A stretch of DNA of 64,000 nucleotides from an uncultured delta proteobacterium (GCA_963806225.1 CAWDXG010000004.1:4768001-4832000); one strand, 5' to 3'; shown: positions 30,387 to 41,161, counted from the stretch's first letter. Made by a program: numbers and translations. Notes: generated by a model not told the origin, from the letters alone.

Positions 30387-31385
30387 TCAGACCGGCGTCA
30401 GCCAGTCCTTGTGGTTTTCGTCGTTACCGGAGGCGGCGCGGAGATAGGCGCGCTGGAACAGGGCGCCGAAGGTGCGCTTGCCGGTGGACAGCTCGCGGCC
30501 GTCGATCTCGCGGACGGGCGTGACCTCGGCGGCGGTGCCGGTGAGGAACACCTCGTCGGCGCGCATCAGCTCCTCGCGGGTGAAGGGGCGGATGGTCACG
30601 GGCACGTTGTTCTCGCGCGCGATGGTCAGCACGCAGTCGCGCGTGATGCCCGGCACGATGGACGAGCTCTCGTCGTTGGTGAACAGCGTGCCGTTCTTGA
30701 CGAAGAAGATGTTCTCGCCGGTGGCGTTGGCGACGGTACCGTCCTGGTTGAGCAGGATGGCGTCGTCGAAGCCGCGGTCGAGCGCTTCGTGCGCGGCCAG
30801 CACGCTGTTCGCGTAGTGGCCGCTGGCCTTGGCCATGGTGGGCAACATCGTGTGGTGGAACTTGCGCCAGCTCGAGATGGTGACGCGGATGCCGTTCCGC
30901 AGAGCGTTTTCCCCCAGGAAGCTGCCGAGCCCGCGCGCAGCGATGAAAACGCGCACGTCGCACTCGCGCTTCGGCTTCAGGTCGATGGGGCCGCGGCCGA
31001 AGAAGGCGAGCGGACGCAGATAGCCGTTCTCGATGGCGTTCTTGCGTGTGATGTCGATGGCCGCCTGGAAGAGCTGGTCCGCATTGTAGGGCAGCTTCAT
31101 CCCGTAGAGCGACGCTGAGGCGAGCAGCCGGTCGATGTGATCGCGCAGGCGGAACAGGATAGGTCCGCTTTCGGTGGGATAGGCGCGGATGCCTTCGAAC
31201 ACGGCGGTGCCGTAGTGCAGCGCGTTGGAGTAGTAGTGCACGCTCTGCGCTTCGGCTTCGCGGATCTCGCCGTCCCACCAGATCCACTTGGCGAGCTCCT
31301 GGCCCTGCGGGCGCGAAACCGGCAGGGTTTCTTCTTCGGGGACGCCGTGGAAGCTAGGCCATTCGGCTTCGAGCGGTGGAGTCAT
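30387..31385 (-). CDS. ilvE: Branched-chain amino acid aminotransferase
   Basis: LHYGTAVFEGIRAY, AKASGHY, GENIF, GITR, EVFLTGTAAEVTP. Confidence 0.92.
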   Translation of the reverse strand: MTPPLEAEWPSFHGVPEEETLPVSRPQGQELAKWIWWDGEIREAEAQSVHYYSNALHYGTAVFEGIRAYPTESGPILFRLRDHIDRLLASASLYGMKLPYNADQLFQAAIDITRKNAIENGYLRPLAFFGRGPIDLKPKRECDVRVFIAARGLGSFLGENALRNGIRVTISSWRKFHHTMLPTMAKASGHYANSVLAAHEALDRGFDDAILLNQDGTVANATGENIFFVKNGTLFTNDESSSIVPGITRDCVLTIARENNVPVTIRPFTREELMRADEVFLTGTAAEVTPVREIDGRELSTGKRTFGALFQRAYLRAASGNDENHKDWLTPV

Positions 31386-33049
31386 GGTTTCGGTCCCTCC
31401 GTGGTCTTCGCGGGAGCGGCAGTATTAACCCCGCCGGGTGCGGGCTGTCGAGGTGGGTGACCGTAGCGGTGGGTGTAGCTCCTGACGGCTGCGGCATCGT
31501 CCGGAAAGCGCCGGACGAGCTCTTCGTACAGCCGTCGGCCCTCGGCCTCCCGGCCGCGGCGCGCGACGATCTCGGCGAGATTGCCGAGGATCTCCGGATC
31601 GTCCGGCCACAGCTTCCGCCCCCGGCGGAGCAGGCGCTCGGCTTCGCCGAGCCGGTGCTGGTGCGCCAGGATCAGGGCGAGATTATTGGTCGAGCGGCGC
31701 GCGGCTTCGGTCGGACGGTCGCCGGCGCGGCGCAGCACTTCCTCGAACGCCTGCTTCGCCTTCTCGCGCTGGTGCCATTCGTTCAGGGCCATGCCGAGCT
31801 GGTACGGGGCGAGCGTCGAGGAGCGGGTCTTCGCCGTGGCGTCGGCGAAGACGTATTCGCTGAACGCGAACAGCGACGCGCGCCGGGCCGAGAACAGAGC
31901 GAGCCCGGCGATGCAGGCCACGGCGGTCAGCGTCCCCGGCCTGTGGAAGCGCACGGCGAGGGCGCCGAGAGCGAGCGCGGGCGCCATCACCGACAGCAGC
32001 AGATAGCGATCGGCCATCAGGTTTTCAAGCGGGAACAGCACCTGGCTGACGGGCAAGAGCGGCACGAAGAACCACAGGAAGGTGACCAGACCGAGCGGGC
32101 GCTTGCGGCGCCAGAGCCAGAGCCCGGCGCCCAGCCACGCGGCGAGCAGCAGATAGCCGACCACGCCGGCGGCGCTCCAGGCGGTCCGCACGGGCACGTC
32201 GTGGACGAGGCTCGAGAGCGGTGGCCAGGCGAGCTCGGCGAGATAGCGGAGCCACACCGGGCCCATGGTCATCAGCGTCGTGAGCCACGTGCCACCGGGC
32301 GGCTTCTGCACCATGCCGACGAGGTGACCGACGTGGAGATCGATCGCGAGCACGCACGCGGCGCCGGCGAGCGACAGCGCATAGACCACCCAGTCGGGGC
32401 GGCGCCCGGCGAGCAGATCCTCGGCGAAGAGCAGCACCGCGGCGACGACGGCCATCGATTTGGACAGCGCTGCGCACACGCAGAAAAGTGGGACGAGCCA
32501 CAGCCGCTTTCGTGAGCGGCCCGCGTGGACGAAGAGCGCGGCGCTGATGAAGAGCAGCGCCAGCACGTCCTTGCGTCCGGCGAGCCAGGCGACCGATTCG
32601 ACGTGCACGGGATGCAGGGCGAACACCCACGCGGTGACTTCCGCGACGCGGCGGTCGGCGAGCGTGCGGTGCAGGGCGGCGCGCAGCAGGAACACGGCGC
32701 CGAGATACAGCGCGAGCTGGCTCGCGCGCAGCGCCTGGGGAACCAGGCCCCACAGGTGTGCCTCGAGCCACAGGTTCGTGTCGCGCAGGGGCAGGTACTC
32801 GGCACCGAGCGTGAGGCGCGTGCCGCGCGACAGGTCGGTCCAGATGCGCGCGAGGGCGTGCCCGCCGCCGACGAGAAACGCGTTGTGCTGGATGAGCCAC
32901 GGGTCGTCGAGGTTGAGGAAGCCGCCCGACAGCGAAGGCAGATAGACCAGCACCACGACCACGCCGAGAAGTGCGGGCAGGGTGCGGCCGAGGCGATCGG
33001 CGGGGCCGGCTCCAGACGAGGGCGCCAAGGTGCCGGACGATAGGGGCAA
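31382..33049 (-). CDS. TMTC-like membrane glycosyltransferase with C-terminal TPR (start approximate)
   Basis: F..LDD luminal motif, FALHPVHVESVAW, LSK, ADRY, multiple TM helices, TPR tail. Confidence 0.8.
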   Translation of the reverse strand: MPLSSGTLAPSSGAGPADRLGRTLPALLGVVVVLVYLPSLSGGFLNLDDPWLIQHNAFLVGGGHALARIWTDLSRGTRLTLGAEYLPLRDTNLWLEAHLWGLVPQALRASQLALYLGAVFLLRAALHRTLADRRVAEVTAWVFALHPVHVESVAWLAGRKDVLALLFISAALFVHAGRSRKRLWLVPLFCVCAALSKSMAVVAAVLLFAEDLLAGRRPDWVVYALSLAGAACVLAIDLHVGHLVGMVQKPPGGTWLTTLMTMGPVWLRYLAELAWPPLSSLVHDVPVRTAWSAAGVVGYLLLAAWLGAGLWLWRRKRPLGLVTFLWFFVPLLPVSQVLFPLENLMADRYLLLSVMAPALALGALAVRFHRPGTLTAVACIAGLALFSARRASLFAFSEYVFADATAKTRSSTLAPYQLGMALNEWHQREKAKQAFEEVLRRAGDRPTEAARRSTNNLALILAHQHRLGEAERLLRRGRKLWPDDPEILGNLAEIVARRGREAEGRRLYEELVRRFPDDAAAVRSYTHRYGHPPRQPAPGGVNTAAPAKTTEGPKP

Positions 33050-33099
33050 ACGCCGTCCGGCGCACGCATCGCGTCGATGATGCGCTACTCTGGAGGGTG

Positions 33100-34440
33100 A
33101 TGGGCGAGCGGCGCGGCATGCTGGGGGCGGCGAGCACGGTGCTAGCGGTCGGCGGCAACGTCGTCGAGCCTCCGGAGGCGCCGACACTGCTGCGGAGCGA
33201 CGCCGCAAGCGCGCCCACGCTCGCGGCGCCGGCCAAGGCGGAGAGCGAGGCGGCGACGCTGGTCGCGCCCGCCAAGGACAGCGCTCCCGCGGCCCCGGTT
33301 CCGTCGCGCGAGCAAGCTCGCTACCGGCCGCGCGGCGTGCTGGGCGAGGGCGGCATGGGCCGTGTGGAGCTGGTGTGGGATGCCGATCTGATGCGTGACC
33401 TGGCGGTCAAGCACATGCACCCGGAGCTGTGTGCGCGGCCGCCGCTGGTCAGCCAGTTCCTCTGGGAAGCCCGCGTCAGCGCGCACCTGGATCATCCCAA
33501 CATCGTACCCGTGCACGATCTCGGGGTTTCCGGCGACGGTCAGCTGTACTTCACGATGAAGCGCGTGCGCGGCACGGCGCTCGACATGGTGGTCGAGAAG
33601 CTGGCGGCCGGCGATGCGGAGCTCGAGCGCGACCTGCCGCTGCCGCGCCGGCTGAGGTTGTTCCTGCAGCTGTGCAACGCGATCACGTTCGCGCACTCGC
33701 GCGGCATCCTGCATCGCGACCTCAAGCCGGCGAACGTGATGCTCGGCGAGCACGGCGAGGTGCTGCTGATGGACTGGGGGCTAGCTGTGCCGCTACCCGG
33801 CGACGACGGCGAGCATCTCAGGACGGTCATGCCCGAGGGCATGGTGGACAACAGCGCGGGCACGCCGGAGTACATGTCGCCCGAGCAGGCGCGCGGCGAA
33901 GCGCTGGACGTGCGCTCCGACGTGTACACGCTGGGGGTCATCCTGTACGAGCTGGTGGCGCTATGCCGCCCCTACGACGGTCCGACGCCCGGGGCGATCC
34001 TGGTGCAGGCGCTGGCGGGGCAGTATCCGCCGCTCGAGAAGAGCGCGCCCGGCATCTCGCCGTCGCTGTCGGCCGTGGTGGACAAGGCAATGGCGCTCGA
34101 CCCTGCCGATCGCTACGACTGCGTGCGCGCGCTGGCGGAGGACGTGGAAGCGGTCATCGACGGTCGCACGCCCTTCGCGGAGAACGCGTCGCTGGTGCGC
34201 CGGGCGACGCGTTTCTACGTTTCCCGCGATCCGGCGTTCGGCCAACTGCGCGTGGTCGATGTCGACCTGTGGGTGGGTTCGGGGTGGATGTTCGGCGCAG
34301 GAATGGCCCTGCTGGCGGCGCACTGGATCGAGGGCTGGGCGTGGGCCTTCATCGCGGTCGGGCTGCTGATCGGCACGTACCCGACGCTCAGGTGGATCGG
34401 CATCCGGCGACGCACCGCGCGCAGGAACGTGCACGACTGA
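33100..34440 (+). CDS. Ser/Thr protein kinase with C-terminal TM helices
   Basis: LGEGGMG, AVK, HPNIV, HRDLKPAN, DWGLA, GTPEYMSPEQ. Confidence 0.95.
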   Translation: MGERRGMLGAASTVLAVGGNVVEPPEAPTLLRSDAASAPTLAAPAKAESEAATLVAPAKDSAPAAPVPSREQARYRPRGVLGEGGMGRVELVWDADLMRDLAVKHMHPELCARPPLVSQFLWEARVSAHLDHPNIVPVHDLGVSGDGQLYFTMKRVRGTALDMVVEKLAAGDAELERDLPLPRRLRLFLQLCNAITFAHSRGILHRDLKPANVMLGEHGEVLLMDWGLAVPLPGDDGEHLRTVMPEGMVDNSAGTPEYMSPEQARGEALDVRSDVYTLGVILYELVALCRPYDGPTPGAILVQALAGQYPPLEKSAPGISPSLSAVVDKAMALDPADRYDCVRALAEDVEAVIDGRTPFAENASLVRRATRFYVSRDPAFGQLRVVDVDLWVGSGWMFGAGMALLAAHWIEGWAWAFIAVGLLIGTYPTLRWIGIRRRTARRNVHD

Positions 34441-34478
34441 GAATTGGCAAGGGCACCCATGGAGCGTAGCCTGTATAC

Positions 34479-35795
34479 GTGCTGAAGTTCCCGATGGCGG
34501 TGTTGTTGGTGCTGTGCCTGGCACTGGGCTGCGCCTCTTCACCGTCGCAATCGGTGGCCCACAACGACCCAGGCGGCCAGGACGCGGGCGGGCCGGACTC
34601 GAGCGGAGCGTGCCAGCCCGACTGCGCGGGCAAGGTGTGCGGCCCCGACGGCTGCGGCCAGTTCTGCAACATCTGCTGGGGTGACCAGTTCTGTAGTCCG
34701 GACGGCACGCAGTGCACGGCGACCTGCAACGGCTCCTGCGCAGGCAAGGCCTGCGGCGACGACGGCTGCGGCAACCCGTGCGGTACCTGCAGCTCCTCGC
34801 AGCAGTGCGCCGCGGGCAAGTGCGTCACGGCCTGTACGCCCGATTGCAAGGGCAAGGTCTGCGGGGACGATGGTTGCGGCGGTTCGTGCGGCACCTGTCC
34901 GGGGCAGGCCTGCGTCAACGGGCAGTGCAACGCGAGCTGCACCCCGAGCTGCATCGCCAAGAGCTGCGGCCCGGACGGTTGCGGCGGCACGTGCGGCACG
35001 TGCGCCGCCGGCACGGTGTGCAACACGACTACCGGAGCCTGCCAGGCGAGCTGCACGCCGGCATGCGCAGGCAAGAGCTGTGGCTCCGACGGTTGCGGCG
35101 GGCTTTGCGGTACGTGTCCCTCGGGACAGGGCTGCAACGGCGGTCAGTGCGCGTGCAACCCGCAGTGCGGCACGAAGCAGTGCGGGTCCGACTCGTGCGG
35201 CGGCTCGTGCGGCAGCTGCGCCACCAACGAGACCTGCCAGAGCGGGTCCTGTGTCTGTGTGCCGGACTGCAGCGGCAAGCAGTGCGGAGGCGATGGGTGC
35301 GGCGGCTCGTGCGGCAGCTGCGCGGCGGGCACGACCTGCCAGAGCGGGGCGTGCGTCTGCGTTCCGGACTGCAGCGGCAAGCAGTGCGGAGGCGATGGGT
35401 GCGGCGGCTCGTGCGGCAGCTGCGGGATTGGGACGAAGTGTAGCGGTTCGACCTGCGCGTGCACTGCCGAGCTCCGGGCTCCCCAGGCACTCGCTGCGGG
35501 TGACTCGCTCAAGAGCTGCGACGGCAGGTTCCGGCTCACGATGCAGACCGACGGCAATCTCGTCCTCTACTTCGGCTCCACCGCCCTGTGGTCGGCGAAG
35601 ACCACCGGTACGCCTGCCAACGTCGCCGTGATGCAGACCGACGGCAATTTCGTGGTCTACGGCGGCAGCACCGCGTACTGGTACTCGAACACGGCGAACC
35701 ACTCCGGCGCCTTCCTGCGCGTCCAGACCGACGGGAACATGGTCATCTACCAGGGCAGCACGGTGCTGTGGTCGACGGGCACCTGCTGCCACTAG
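34479..35795 (+). CDS. Lipoprotein with Cys-rich repeats and a C-terminal bulb-type (B-) lectin domain
   Basis: C.GK.CG.DGCGG.CG.C repeats; three QTDGN(L/F/M)V.Y motifs. Confidence 0.9.
   Translation: MLKFPMAVLLVLCLALGCASSPSQSVAHNDPGGQDAGGPDSSGACQPDCAGKVCGPDGCGQFCNICWGDQFCSPDGTQCTATCNGSCAGKACGDDGCGNPCGTCSSSQQCAAGKCVTACTPDCKGKVCGDDGCGGSCGTCPGQACVNGQCNASCTPSCIAKSCGPDGCGGTCGTCAAGTVCNTTTGACQASCTPACAGKSCGSDGCGGLCGTCPSGQGCNGGQCACNPQCGTKQCGSDSCGGSCGSCATNETCQSGSCVCVPDCSGKQCGGDGCGGSCGSCAAGTTCQSGACVCVPDCSGKQCGGDGCGGSCGSCGIGTKCSGSTCACTAELRAPQALAAGDSLKSCDGRFRLTMQTDGNLVLYFGSTALWSAKTTGTPANVAVMQTDGNFVVYGGSTAYWYSNTANHSGAFLRVQTDGNMVIYQGSTVLWSTGTCCH
35231..35423 (+). repeat. Near-identical 102-bp tandem duplication within the Cys-rich stalk
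   Basis: gacctgccagagcggg...ggcagctgcg at 35231 and again at 35333. Confidence 0.8.
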
Positions 35796-35889
35796 CCCGC
35801 CCCGGCGCAGCTCGCCGCGATCCGGCCCGCTGACCGCCTTTACGTTACGTCACTTCCAGGTAATCTGCGCGCCTTACCGGAGGAACCCC

Positions 35890-36393
35890 ATGACGATCAA
35901 GATCGGCGACCGCATCCCTGACGCAACCCTCTACGAGTCGACGGAGTTCGGCGATGCCTGTCCGCTGCCGCCCGCCAAGGTCAGCGTGGCGGAGGCCACC
36001 AAGGGCAAGCGCATCGTGCTCTTCGCCGTGCCCGGCGCCTACACGCCGACCTGCTCCGCCCAGCATCTGCCCGGCTACGTGAAGCACCTCGACGCGCTCA
36101 AGCAGAAGGGTGTCGACGAGGTCTGGTGCGTCGCCGTCAACGACGGCTTCGTGATGGCCGCCTGGGGCCGCGAGCACGACGCCAGCGGCAAGGTGCGCAT
36201 GCTCGGCGATGGCAGCGCGGAGCTCGCCGACAAGCTCGGCCTCGCGCTCGACCTGACCGGCGGCGGCATGGGCAAGCGCATGCAGCGCTTCTCGATGCTG
36301 CTCGACGACGGCGTGGTCAAGCAGCTGAACGTCGAGGAGCCGAAGAAGTTCGAGGTCAGCAACGCCGAGACGATGCTGACGCAGCTCGGCTGA
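35890..36393 (+). CDS. Peroxiredoxin (Prx5/redoxin family)
   Basis: PGAYTPTCS..HLPGY, VND.FVM.AW motifs; GGAGG RBS. Confidence 0.95.
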   Translation: MTIKIGDRIPDATLYESTEFGDACPLPPAKVSVAEATKGKRIVLFAVPGAYTPTCSAQHLPGYVKHLDALKQKGVDEVWCVAVNDGFVMAAWGREHDASGKVRMLGDGSAELADKLGLALDLTGGGMGKRMQRFSMLLDDGVVKQLNVEEPKKFEVSNAETMLTQLG

Positions 36394-36492
36394 GCTCGCG
36401 TCCAGAGCACGTCCGGGCGACGGGATAGCGCTCCCGTCGCCCGTGACGGCGTTGACGTTGCGGCAGCGGCCCTGTACGCGAAAGCCAGGGGT

Positions 36493-37602
36493 ATGGCCAT
36501 CACGCGCCGATCATGGAAACGCGCTACCGCATCGGTGGCCTGGCTTCTCGTCGCGGGTGGCTGCGGCGCGGGTGCAGGAACGAATACGGCCCCTCTCCAC
36601 GCGCCCGCGCCGGCTCCAACGAAAGACAAGGCCGCGCAGGCGGAGCACGATCGCGAGCGCTGCAAGGGCGGCGACGCCGCGAGCTGCCAGAAGGCCTGCG
36701 ACGCGGGGGACGCGCTCGGCTGCAACAGCCTGGGCCAGCTCCAGGCGAGGGGGGCGGGCGTCGCGCAGGACTACGAGCAGGCTCGGCGGTCGTTCAAGCG
36801 GGGTTGCGAGGGCGGATATGCGGACGCCTGCAACACGCTCGGGGTCCTATTTGCCAAGGGGAAGGGCGGCCCGCAGGACCAGGACCGCGCAAGACAGCTC
36901 TACCGCCGGGCATGCGATGGCAAGAGCCCGCTCGGCTGCACCAACCTCGGTGTTCTGGTCATCAGAGGCGGCGAAGCGGACAACCTCGCACGCGCGCGCC
37001 AGCTGTTCGACAAGGCGTGCGACGGGGGAAGCGCGCTCGGCTGCTACAATCTCGGCTACCTGTTCCAGAGTGGCGTGGGCGTCGCGAAGGACCTCGGCCG
37101 CGCGCAGCAGTTCTACAAGCGGGCCTGCGACGGCGACAGCGGTGCGGGTTGCTGTGCCCTCGGCTGGATGTACCAGCGAGGCGCGGGCGTGGGGCACGAC
37201 TCCGGCCGCGCGCGCAGGCTTTTCCAGCGCGCGTGCGACGCCGGGAGTGCAGCCTGCTGCTCCGATCTCGGCGACATGCTCCGCACCGGCAGCGGCGGCG
37301 CGCCGGATCCGGTGCGCGCGCGACAGCTCTACGGACGGGCGTGCGACGCCGGCATCCCGGGCGGCTGCACCAATCTCGCGGTCACCCTGGCCCAGGGCGT
37401 GGGCGGCGACCAGGACATGGCCCAGGCCCGGAAGTTCTTCGAGCGAGCCTGCGAAGACGGAGACGCGACCGCCTGCTACGACCTCGGACGCCTACTCGAA
37501 CAGGGCCAGGGCGGCGCGGCGGATCCCGAGGCCGCGCGGCGGCTGTACAGACGAGCCTGCACAGGGGGCGACGCCGACGGCTGCAAGAAGGCGGCGGAGT
37601 AG
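36493..37602 (+). CDS. Sel1-like Cys-rich repeat lipoprotein
   Basis: Repeated ACD.G...GC.NLG.....G.G...D...A units. Confidence 0.9.
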   Translation: MAITRRSWKRATASVAWLLVAGGCGAGAGTNTAPLHAPAPAPTKDKAAQAEHDRERCKGGDAASCQKACDAGDALGCNSLGQLQARGAGVAQDYEQARRSFKRGCEGGYADACNTLGVLFAKGKGGPQDQDRARQLYRRACDGKSPLGCTNLGVLVIRGGEADNLARARQLFDKACDGGSALGCYNLGYLFQSGVGVAKDLGRAQQFYKRACDGDSGAGCCALGWMYQRGAGVGHDSGRARRLFQRACDAGSAACCSDLGDMLRTGSGGAPDPVRARQLYGRACDAGIPGGCTNLAVTLAQGVGGDQDMAQARKFFERACEDGDATACYDLGRLLEQGQGGAADPEAARRLYRRACTGGDADGCKKAAE

Positions 37603-37641
37603 CTATTCGAGCAGGCCGCCGTCGGGACGCGCCCGCCGCGT

Positions 37642-38304
37642 TCAGCCGCCGCCTGCGTCGCCTGGCGTCTGGGCGTCGGAGCTGGCCGCGTCGCCTGCGT
37701 CGCCCGGCGTCGTGTGGGCGTCGAAGGTGCCGGAGTCGTTGCCGGCATCCGGGTTGCACGAAGCGGGGCTGCCCGCTTCCTCGGCGAAGCCCGCGGCTGC
37801 CACGCAGCCGAGGTCGAGCGACGACGAGAGCTTCACGAACACGCCGCAGGTGTGATCGCTGCGGCAGCAGCCCGCGAGCTGGCCCAGCGACGGCGCGTCG
37901 TAGCTCGGGCAGGCGGTGTCGGCGATGCCCGGGTTGTCCCGCGCGACGCAGCCGTCGGGAGCCGCGACGTACTTCTGCGCGGGCCCGAGATCGAGGCCAC
38001 AGCTGGTGTCCTGGGTGCAGCAAGCGTGCAGCGTGGCCAGGCCGCGGAAGTCCTCCGGCTGGCACGTCGCGCTGCCACAGCTGACCGGTCCGGCTTCGCC
38101 GCCGCTGTCGTAGAGCGGCGGCGCGTCCGTGCTGGCGCCGTCGCCTGTCGAGCCCGCCGCGCCGTCGGTGGTCGCGGCGTCGCCCGGCGCGGCGTCCTTC
38201 TTCGTGTTGGCGCCGCCGTTGTTGTCGCTGGAGCAGGCGCCGACGGCGAAGGCGAGCCCTACGAGGGAAACGGCGAGCCAGCTCGCAGCCTTTGCGCGGC
38301 TCAC
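37642..38304 (-). CDS. Cys-containing hypothetical lipoprotein
   Basis: GTG start overlaps the upstream stop; VGAC lipobox. Confidence 0.7.
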   Translation of the reverse strand: MSRAKAASWLAVSLVGLAFAVGACSSDNNGGANTKKDAAPGDAATTDGAAGSTGDGASTDAPPLYDSGGEAGPVSCGSATCQPEDFRGLATLHACCTQDTSCGLDLGPAQKYVAAPDGCVARDNPGIADTACPSYDAPSLGQLAGCCRSDHTCGVFVKLSSSLDLGCVAAAGFAEEAGSPASCNPDAGNDSGTFDAHTTPGDAGDAASSDAQTPGDAGGG

Positions 38305-40877
38305 TGCTGCACCCCCGTGCTCTCGTCGGTGCCGCCGGTGCGGGGCCAGCCCGAGGTGGCGAGCGACGTGTTCGTGTTGAAGACGTACAGCCCGCCTTCG
38401 TTGGCGCCGACGGCCATGCCGCCCGGGAGGAAGAGCGGCGAGCCCCAGGGGCTGCCGCCGCCGTCCAGCGTCTTGTTCGTCCAGATGACGTGGCCCGTCT
38501 TGGCGTCGAGGGCCTGGATCTTGTCGCCGGTCAGGAGGTAGAGCTTGCCGTCGGCCCCGACCGTGGGGGAAGCGTTGCAGTTTTCGCCCAGACCGAGCTT
38601 CCACTTGATGTCGCCGGTGGCCGGATCGAGTGCGACCGCGCTGGCGTCGGGGTTCGTGCCGCACAGGTAGATCGTGCCGTCGGGGCCGACGCTCGGGTCC
38701 GACGAAGCGTCGCTGGTCAGCGGGACGTTGCCCCACCTGGGTTGGCCGTTCGGCGCGACGGCCAGGACCGCGATTGCGGTTGTCGCCCCGGGGACGTTGT
38801 CGGAGACGGTGTAGACCGTACCGTCGGGGCCGATGGCGGCGCCGCCCGACGTCTGCGGGGTCCACGAGGCGTTCCACTTGACGACACCGGCGGGCGTGAG
38901 CGCGGTCAGGGCGTTGTCATGCGGCGCGTAGATCGTGCCGTCCTTGGCGACCGCGACGTTCCACGCCTGGCCGCCGAGCGTCTTGTTCCAGACCACGCTG
39001 CCATCGGCTGTCGACAGCGACGCCACGCCCGTGTCGGTGGAGACGTACAGGGTGTTGGCGCTGGGCGACGCAAGGTTCCGCCCTGCCACTGCCGTGCTGG
39101 TCCAGCGCTCGGTGCCGTTTGCCGTGAGCGCGTAGACCTTGCCGTAGAAGTCGGTCGCGTAGATGTTGCCGTCGGCCGCCCGGAGCACGCCGAACATGAA
39201 GTTCGAACCCGTGTACGCCCACAGCTGCTTGGGCGGCGTGCTGGACATGTCGATGGCGCGGATGTCGTTGCCGACCGCCGCGTAGACCGTGCTGTTCGGG
39301 CCGAGCGCCAGGTTCGTGTCGGTGCCCGCCCCGGCCATGGTTCTTGTCGCCGCTCCCACCGGTGGCGTGTCCGTGCTCTGGGCGATGACCTTGTCGTAGT
39401 TGTAGAGATTCGCCGACCACGACTTGCCGATGAGCTTGTTCGTGGTCAGGCCAGCGTTCAGGTCGAAGCCCGCGTGCAGCTTCCAGAGCGGCTGCTGCGT
39501 GAAGTTCACGTCGTAGCTCAGGTAGCCCTCGAGGTTGAAGAAAGGCCCGGCGAGGTCGTCGACGAGCACGCTGAGCTCCGGCCCGCCGTAGCCCTTGAGC
39601 TGCGCCGTTGCGACGGGCGTCGGCCACTGCGTCGTGAAGGACTCGCTGTGCGACTTGTGGCCCGAGAAGCTCCCGTTGTCGTACGAGAAGCCGCCGTGCG
39701 CAGAGGCCGAAGCGCCGATGCCCGCAGTTACCCCCGCGGTCACCTCGCCACTCGCGCCCACCTTGATCACGAGCTTGGGAAACATGACCCACGGCACCGG
39801 ACCCGTCCAGACCGTGAACCGCGGCAGGTTCACGCTGAGGATCGGGTAGTCGGCGCTGATGCCGACGGTCGCCGCACCCTCGACGCTGAGGTTGGAGCTG
39901 ACGCCGGCGCCCACATCGAAGTAGGCGTGCTTGTGGAACTTCCAGTCGATCCAGGCCTTGAAGGTGACGCTGGGCGAGAAGCACAGCGTGCCCGTCACCT
40001 TGAGGGCGACCGTCGCTGCGCCTTTGGTGGCGGGCAGCGATGCGGTGAGCGTGGCGCATGCAGGCGAGATCAGCGTGCCGGAGTCGATCTTGGTCGAGCC
40101 GAGCACGTCGGCCGCGGAGAAGCTCTGGTTGTAGGAGAGCACGCCCTGCTGGAGGACACTGTCGAGCGAGGTCGGTTCGATCACGACCGTGGTGCCGTCG
40201 CTCGACACGACCTTGCCGAACAGGCCGTTGGGCGTCTGCTGCGTTGTGCCGAACACGACGATGTCGCCTGCCTTCCACGCCGAGGTCTCGCTCGTCGCCT
40301 TGGAGAAGGTGAGTGTGCTCTGTCCGTTGGCGTCGGTCGTGACGCTCGACAGCGCGGCGGCGGTGTCGGTGCCGGCGACCTTCGTTGCCGCCGAGATCTG
40401 CGGGGCGAGCTCCTTGTAGGTCACGTCCACCGTGGCGCCGGAGCCCTTCGCGAGCGTGACCTGCTGCGTGTCCTGCTCGGGCGCGAAGCCGATGTTCTGT
40501 TGCGTGTTTCCGTCGACGACTGCCACGGCCTCGACCGTGTAGTCGCCGGGCGGGAGCGGGACGTCGGTGCTGGCCGTGAGCTCGCGCTGCAGGTTCGCGC
40601 CACGGACGACCACCAGGGCCTTCTGGCCATTGGGCAGGCCGCCGATGTTCACGCGGAGCACGCCGGCCGCTGGGCCGGTCGGGCCACCTGCATCGGTCGG
40701 CCCCGTGCCCGCGGTGCCGCCCGCGCCGCCCGTGCCGCCTGTGCCGCCGCTGGATGAAGGCGAGGACGCCGAGTTTCCGGAGCCACAGCCGCCGAGAAGC
40801 GCAACCGAGAAGACCAACAGGAAGAAGGGGGCAAACCCGGACAGGGCCTGCCAGGGACGAGAAGCCAAAGAACGCAT
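38301..40877 (-). CDS. Lipoprotein with C-terminal PQQ-like beta-propeller
   Basis: LGGC lipobox; repeats of GPDGT(V/I)Y...AL...G..KW. Confidence 0.85.
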   Translation of the reverse strand: MRSLASRPWQALSGFAPFFLLVFSVALLGGCGSGNSASSPSSSGGTGGTGGAGGTAGTGPTDAGGPTGPAAGVLRVNIGGLPNGQKALVVVRGANLQRELTASTDVPLPPGDYTVEAVAVVDGNTQQNIGFAPEQDTQQVTLAKGSGATVDVTYKELAPQISAATKVAGTDTAAALSSVTTDANGQSTLTFSKATSETSAWKAGDIVVFGTTQQTPNGLFGKVVSSDGTTVVIEPTSLDSVLQQGVLSYNQSFSAADVLGSTKIDSGTLISPACATLTASLPATKGAATVALKVTGTLCFSPSVTFKAWIDWKFHKHAYFDVGAGVSSNLSVEGAATVGISADYPILSVNLPRFTVWTGPVPWVMFPKLVIKVGASGEVTAGVTAGIGASASAHGGFSYDNGSFSGHKSHSESFTTQWPTPVATAQLKGYGGPELSVLVDDLAGPFFNLEGYLSYDVNFTQQPLWKLHAGFDLNAGLTTNKLIGKSWSANLYNYDKVIAQSTDTPPVGAATRTMAGAGTDTNLALGPNSTVYAAVGNDIRAIDMSSTPPKQLWAYTGSNFMFGVLRAADGNIYATDFYGKVYALTANGTERWTSTAVAGRNLASPSANTLYVSTDTGVASLSTADGSVVWNKTLGGQAWNVAVAKDGTIYAPHDNALTALTPAGVVKWNASWTPQTSGGAAIGPDGTVYTVSDNVPGATTAIAVLAVAPNGQPRWGNVPLTSDASSDPSVGPDGTIYLCGTNPDASAVALDPATGDIKWKLGLGENCNASPTVGADGKLYLLTGDKIQALDAKTGHVIWTNKTLDGGGSPWGSPLFLPGGMAVGANEGGLYVFNTNTSLATSGWPRTGGTDESTGVQQ

Positions 40878-41161
40878 CGTCGCAAGGTATCCGGCGTGCC
40901 CCCCAAATGTCACCTATTTCCGATAGCTTGCGCGTCGTCCGGGGGTATGGAACAACACCCGGTTCCGCGCGCGGTGGGCGTTGGCCTGGGCCGGAGCGAC
41001 AATGCCTGGGCGCCCAGGCGACGGCGCGGGACGCATGACCTACGTCAACGCGTCGTCGCGACGTGATCGAACGTCAGTTCCACGCGGAGGTCCAACGTCA
41101 TTGTCGAACGGCTTGCGCTCCGTCAAGTCGTTCACATACGAGCGCGTATATCATTTGGGGC

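Noticed and set aside
41040..41130. Recurring CGTCA motifs upstream of the radical SAM operon
   Set aside because: They are short and irregularly spaced, and could arise by chance.
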